Assembly: GCA_963811435.1 (NCBI GenBank)
Contig: CAWERD010000006.1
Coordinates: 1,627,967 to 1,691,966 of the forward strand
Direction: 5' to 3'
From: Vicinamibacterales bacterium
Lineage (GTDB): Bacteria; Acidobacteriota; Vicinamibacteria; Vicinamibacterales; JAMQPK01
DNA: 64,000 nt
A model generated the notes under the pieces. It was not told where the DNA came from. It saw only the letters and a program-made list of their open reading frames with translations, and searched no databases. The position numbers were made by a program, and so were the translations under genes. This document shows positions 60,914-64,000 of this stretch, piece by piece. Within the stretch, counting starts at the first letter, position 1. Each line of letters starts with the position of its first letter.

Positions 60914-60978
60914 GGGACCTCCCTGGTCTGAGCGAAGTCGAAAGACCTGCAACTGACTGAGAAAAATGTGGCGTTAGG

Positions 60979-62256
60979 TTACCTGCGGCGGCGCTGAAAC
61001 GCAAACAAATTGGCCGGGCGGGTCTTTTGGTCAGACTTGTCGCGACCCTGATACAAGTCGAGCAACAACCGAGCCGCGAGGAATGATGCCGTCATCCCAT
61101 TTCCGCCGTACCCAAGCGCAAACAGATGTCCGGGATAGCGGGAATGAGTGCCGATATACGGCAAGCCATCCGGGGTCTCGGCAAACAGTCCTTCCCATGC
61201 ATATTCGGGGCGTTCATCGGCCAGCCCGGGATGGACCTGTGCGAGGTGTTTCAACAGGCGCGCGCGTGCCCGGGCCATCCGCAGCCGCGAACCCTTTGCC
61301 GACCGATGGTTTACGTCCTCACCTCCCACGAGCAACCGCCCGTCGCCGGTCCATCGAAAATAGTGATACGGACGCTCGGTATCCCACGCCATCGGAGGCA
61401 CGGAGCCGGCGCCGCGAGCGGGGTTCGAGCGGGGCTTCGTCATCCGCGGCCGCAACCGGCGCGGTAGCCTGCGCGTGGCAATGACAAAGGTATCTTTCAT
61501 CCGGAATCGGCCGACGAGCCTTCGAAACACTGGTGTCGCATAGCCGGTGGCAACGATGACGCGCTTCGCTAGGATAACCCCGCCGTCAGTGCGAACCTCG
61601 ACGCCGGATTTCGATGCCTTGACGCTGCGCGCCTGCGACCGCTCGAAGATCTGCGCGCCAGACCGCGCGGCCGCGCCGAGAAATCCATGACACGCCCGCA
61701 CGGGATTTACCTGTGCATTGCCGCGTGTCGCAATCGCGGCCTGCGCCCTGATACCCGTCATCCGATACAGCGCCGCCGCCGACAGCCATCGCCCGGGCAA
61801 TCCGGCGGCTTTCCTCGCCTTCAATTCCCGTTGCAGCGCCTGCACTTTTTGTGGATTGAGCGTGAAGTACACCGAGTCGCACGTGCAGAGATCGACCTTG
61901 AGCTTCAGTGTGCGGATGGTTCGGGTGAGGTCTCGTGTCGCTCGGCCAAGGGACATCCAGGCCTCTCGCGTGGCAGAGCGGCCGAAGCGGGTGGCGAGAT
62001 CGGCAAAATCGCGATCGGGTTCCTGCATCAGCAACGCGGTGCTGGCTGCCGTGCTGCCCCGTCCCATCAGTTTCGATTCGACGAGCGCGACACGAATGCC
62101 CGCTTTGGCGAAGAGGTACGCGCAGATCGCGCCGGTGATGCCGCCGCCCACTATGACGACATCGGTTTCGAGCGTGCCTCGATGTGTCGGATACCTGCGC
62201 GTTGGCGGTACCGGATGGTCAAGCCAGAGAGGACGACCGTGGCGGAGCCTGGACAT
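60979..62256 (-). CDS. FAD-dependent oxidoreductase (DAO family)
   Basis: Rossmann motif DVVIVGGGITGAICAYLFAKAGIRVALVE. 425 aa, with the C-terminal ...GYGGNGMT... motif. Confidence 0.88.
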   Translation of the reverse strand: MSRLRHGRPLWLDHPVPPTRRYPTHRGTLETDVVIVGGGITGAICAYLFAKAGIRVALVESKLMGRGSTAASTALLMQEPDRDFADLATRFGRSATREAWMSLGRATRDLTRTIRTLKLKVDLCTCDSVYFTLNPQKVQALQRELKARKAAGLPGRWLSAAALYRMTGIRAQAAIATRGNAQVNPVRACHGFLGAAARSGAQIFERSQARSVKASKSGVEVRTDGGVILAKRVIVATGYATPVFRRLVGRFRMKDTFVIATRRLPRRLRPRMTKPRSNPARGAGSVPPMAWDTERPYHYFRWTGDGRLLVGGEDVNHRSAKGSRLRMARARARLLKHLAQVHPGLADERPEYAWEGLFAETPDGLPYIGTHSRYPGHLFALGYGGNGMTASFLAARLLLDLYQGRDKSDQKTRPANLFAFQRRRR

Positions 62257-62260
62257 CGTT

Positions 62261-62447
62261 GGGTGCGATGGGTGCGTTGGGTGCGATAGGTGCGCTGGGT
62301 GCGCTGGGTGCGCTGGGTGCGTTGGGTGCGTTAGGTGCGCTGGGTCGCTGGGTGCGTTGGGTGCGTTGGGGGAAACAGCTAACGCGTACGACGGGCGCCA
62401 AGCGCACCCGTCGCACCTATCGCACCTATCGCACCTATCGCACCTAT
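62261..62447. repeat. large asymmetric hairpin: ~12 x GGGTGCGYT, spacer, ~5 x CGCACCTAT
   Basis: Left array 62261-62372 (gggtgcgat gggtgcgtt gggtgcgat aggtgcgct gggtgcgct ...), a 29-nt spacer, and right array 62402-62447 (cgcacccgt cgcacctat x4). It fills the spacer between the sugar dehydrogenase stop and the oxidoreductase ATG. Confidence 0.92.
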
Positions 62448-62450
62448 CCC

Positions 62451-63812
62451 CTATTTACCTCTGTACACCACTCGCCAGATTTTCCCCTTCACACTCTCGG
62501 TAATGTACAAGGTGCCATCCGGTCCCACGTACGTGCCGTTCGGGCGCGCAGTCGCGTCGGCCGGACTCTTCAGCGGCTCCATGCCTTTGAAGCCGTCCGC
62601 GAAGACCTCGTTCGGGCCCGCGTTCTTTCCCTTGACCACGGGTTGAAAAATGATGTTGTAGCCGGCCATCGGGAACGGCGCGCGATTCCAGGAACCGTGC
62701 GACGTCATGAACGCCCCTCCGCGATACTTCGCCGGGAAGTGCGTGTGCGTGTAGAACATCAAGTCGACCGGCGCGTAGTGCGCAGGGAACGTCGCGAACG
62801 GCGCTTCGAACTTCGAGCAGCGGCCAATGGTCTTGCCGTCGCCGCCGTACTCGGGCGCGAGAATCATCGCCTGCACGCGGCTGTCGTGGTAGCAGTACGG
62901 CCATCCAAAGACATCGTTCTGATCGATCTGCAGCATGGGCTCGCTTGGCCCGACGGCGTTGTCTTCGGCGGTGTAGCCCTTTTCCGGAAACAGCGTGTCG
63001 AGCGAGTCGCGGCTGTTCATCGCGGCATAGAGGTGCCCGTCGTGCCACGCGACTGCCACCGGTTGACGCATCCCGCTCGCAAACCGCGCTTCCTTCGTGT
63101 ACTTCTGCCCGACGACGTCGGCCTTGAATCGCCAGATGCCGCCGCGCTCGTCGAGCTGCGGACAGGGATCGATGCCGGGGGCGCCCGGACGCCGATCGGG
63201 AATCTGACACGCATTCGACGGCAGGCCGATGTTAATGTACAGGTTGCCGGCATTGTCGAACGCGATGTCTTTCTCTGCGTGGCCGCCGCCGACGGGGAAT
63301 CCGTCGACGATAATCTCGGCCGGCGCCGACGGCCTGAGCTCTCCCGGCGTCAGTTTGAAGCGGCCGACATGATCGACTGCGGCGTAGTAGAGATATCCAT
63401 TTCGTAGCTCGAGCCCCGTGCCGCCAACGGTCCCAAACTTCTCGCTGACCGTGTCAACTTTGCCATCGCCGTTGGTATCGCGAAGACCGACGATGCCGCC
63501 TGATCCGAACGGCGCCTCCGGTGTGGGGCGCGGGCCACGGCGCGTAATCACGTAGATGTCGCCGTTATCGTTGACCAGGATGTGACGGCCTTCGCCGATT
63601 CCACCCTCGTACACGACGAGCGCGCAGAAACCCGCAGGCAGCGTCAAGCCGCCGTTGTCGGCATCGCACGACGGCAAACCGCCCGCCTTGGCAGCCGGCA
63701 TCGGAGACGGCTTCGGCGCGGCAGGCGCCTGGCCGCTCACGGTAACGGGGCTGGCTTCGGCGAGACACACAAGGACGAGCGCGAACATCACACCCTTCAT
63801 GGTTCTCCTCAT
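62451..63812 (-). CDS. PQQ-dependent sugar dehydrogenase-like beta-propeller (sorbosone/glucose dehydrogenase family)
   Basis: 453 aa. Signal peptide (MKGVMFALVLVCLAEASPVTVSGQ) and propeller repeats with ...GGIVGLRDTNGDGKVD..., ...NAGNLYINIG..., ...DGTLYITESVKGKIWRV. The family assignment is by pattern and moderately confident. Confidence 0.8.
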   Translation of the reverse strand: MRRTMKGVMFALVLVCLAEASPVTVSGQAPAAPKPSPMPAAKAGGLPSCDADNGGLTLPAGFCALVVYEGGIGEGRHILVNDNGDIYVITRRGPRPTPEAPFGSGGIVGLRDTNGDGKVDTVSEKFGTVGGTGLELRNGYLYYAAVDHVGRFKLTPGELRPSAPAEIIVDGFPVGGGHAEKDIAFDNAGNLYINIGLPSNACQIPDRRPGAPGIDPCPQLDERGGIWRFKADVVGQKYTKEARFASGMRQPVAVAWHDGHLYAAMNSRDSLDTLFPEKGYTAEDNAVGPSEPMLQIDQNDVFGWPYCYHDSRVQAMILAPEYGGDGKTIGRCSKFEAPFATFPAHYAPVDLMFYTHTHFPAKYRGGAFMTSHGSWNRAPFPMAGYNIIFQPVVKGKNAGPNEVFADGFKGMEPLKSPADATARPNGTYVGPDGTLYITESVKGKIWRVVYRGK

Positions 63813-64000
63813 CGCGAACGTAACGTCATGGGATTCTCATACTGTATCTATTACTCCAAAAAGGCGCAACGAACACACGAGAACACAGAGCGATCAATGG
63901 CTGCACAGCAGAAAAATTGCCAAGGGCTCACCTCGCCGATCGAATAGAATTCAGAATTCACCGGTTGCACGTGTGTGCAGGGGGAGCGATGAACGTCAGC

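Noticed and set aside
62261-62447. CRISPR array?
   Set aside because: The period is only 9 nt with no unique spacers. The two halves are reverse complements of each other, and there are no cas genes in the window.
62184-63407. 407-aa plus-strand ORF starting with a GAMGALGAIGALGALG collagen/silk-like repeat
   Set aside because: The repeat is simply the 9-nt array translated. The remainder is antisense to the well-supported sugar dehydrogenase gene.

Overview
High-GC bacterial chromosomal window. The gene content (many DinB-family, TPR, beta-propeller and ECF-sigma genes) suggests an Acidobacteriota-like organism, but this is inference only. Most of the window is core housekeeping. On the minus strand: parA, BFN nuclease, miaB, recN. 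On the plus strand: a complete Tol-Pal operon (tolQ, tolR, tolA-like, tolB, pal, cpoB) followed by ssb. Then a minus-strand cluster lptC/A, lptB, rpoN, hpf, hprK, rapZ, EIIA(Man), ptsH, ptsI, followed by recJ, accA, dnaE. Further right: a beta-propeller plus a 1314-aa NtrY-like kinase, pssA-psd, rimI-tsaB, mutS, a family-5 solute-binding lipoprotein, a deoxyhypusine-synthase-like gene plus agmatinase, a NarL-type two-component pair, pilT and tRNA-Arg(CCT). The right third looks more accessory: Crp regulator, Tol paralogues, GIY-YIG, GNAT, an ECF sigma module, dinB, apt, acyP, and NHL and sugar-dehydrogenase propellers. I found no CRISPR array, integrase, transposase or recognisable defence island. 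The unusual signals are: (1) a family of intergenic hairpins whose arms are tandem 7-9-nt oligomers with locus-specific units, one pair of which encloses a GxxExxY PD-(D/E)XK gene, with a gene-less copy 1 kb away; (2) a roughly 40-nt palindromic element embedded in frame in both recN and mutS; (3) an approximately 8.5-kb block (about 10.6-19.1 kb) in which nearly every gene of the lpt-rpoN-PTS cluster carries multiple frameshifts while flanking genes are intact; (4) a secreted N-TIMP/NTR-like protein with a mature Cys-Thr-Cys N-terminus close to a DUF922 HExxH protein; (5) 41-nt-period hairpin repeats beside the tRNA. All functional calls rest on motif recognition by eye. No database search was run.
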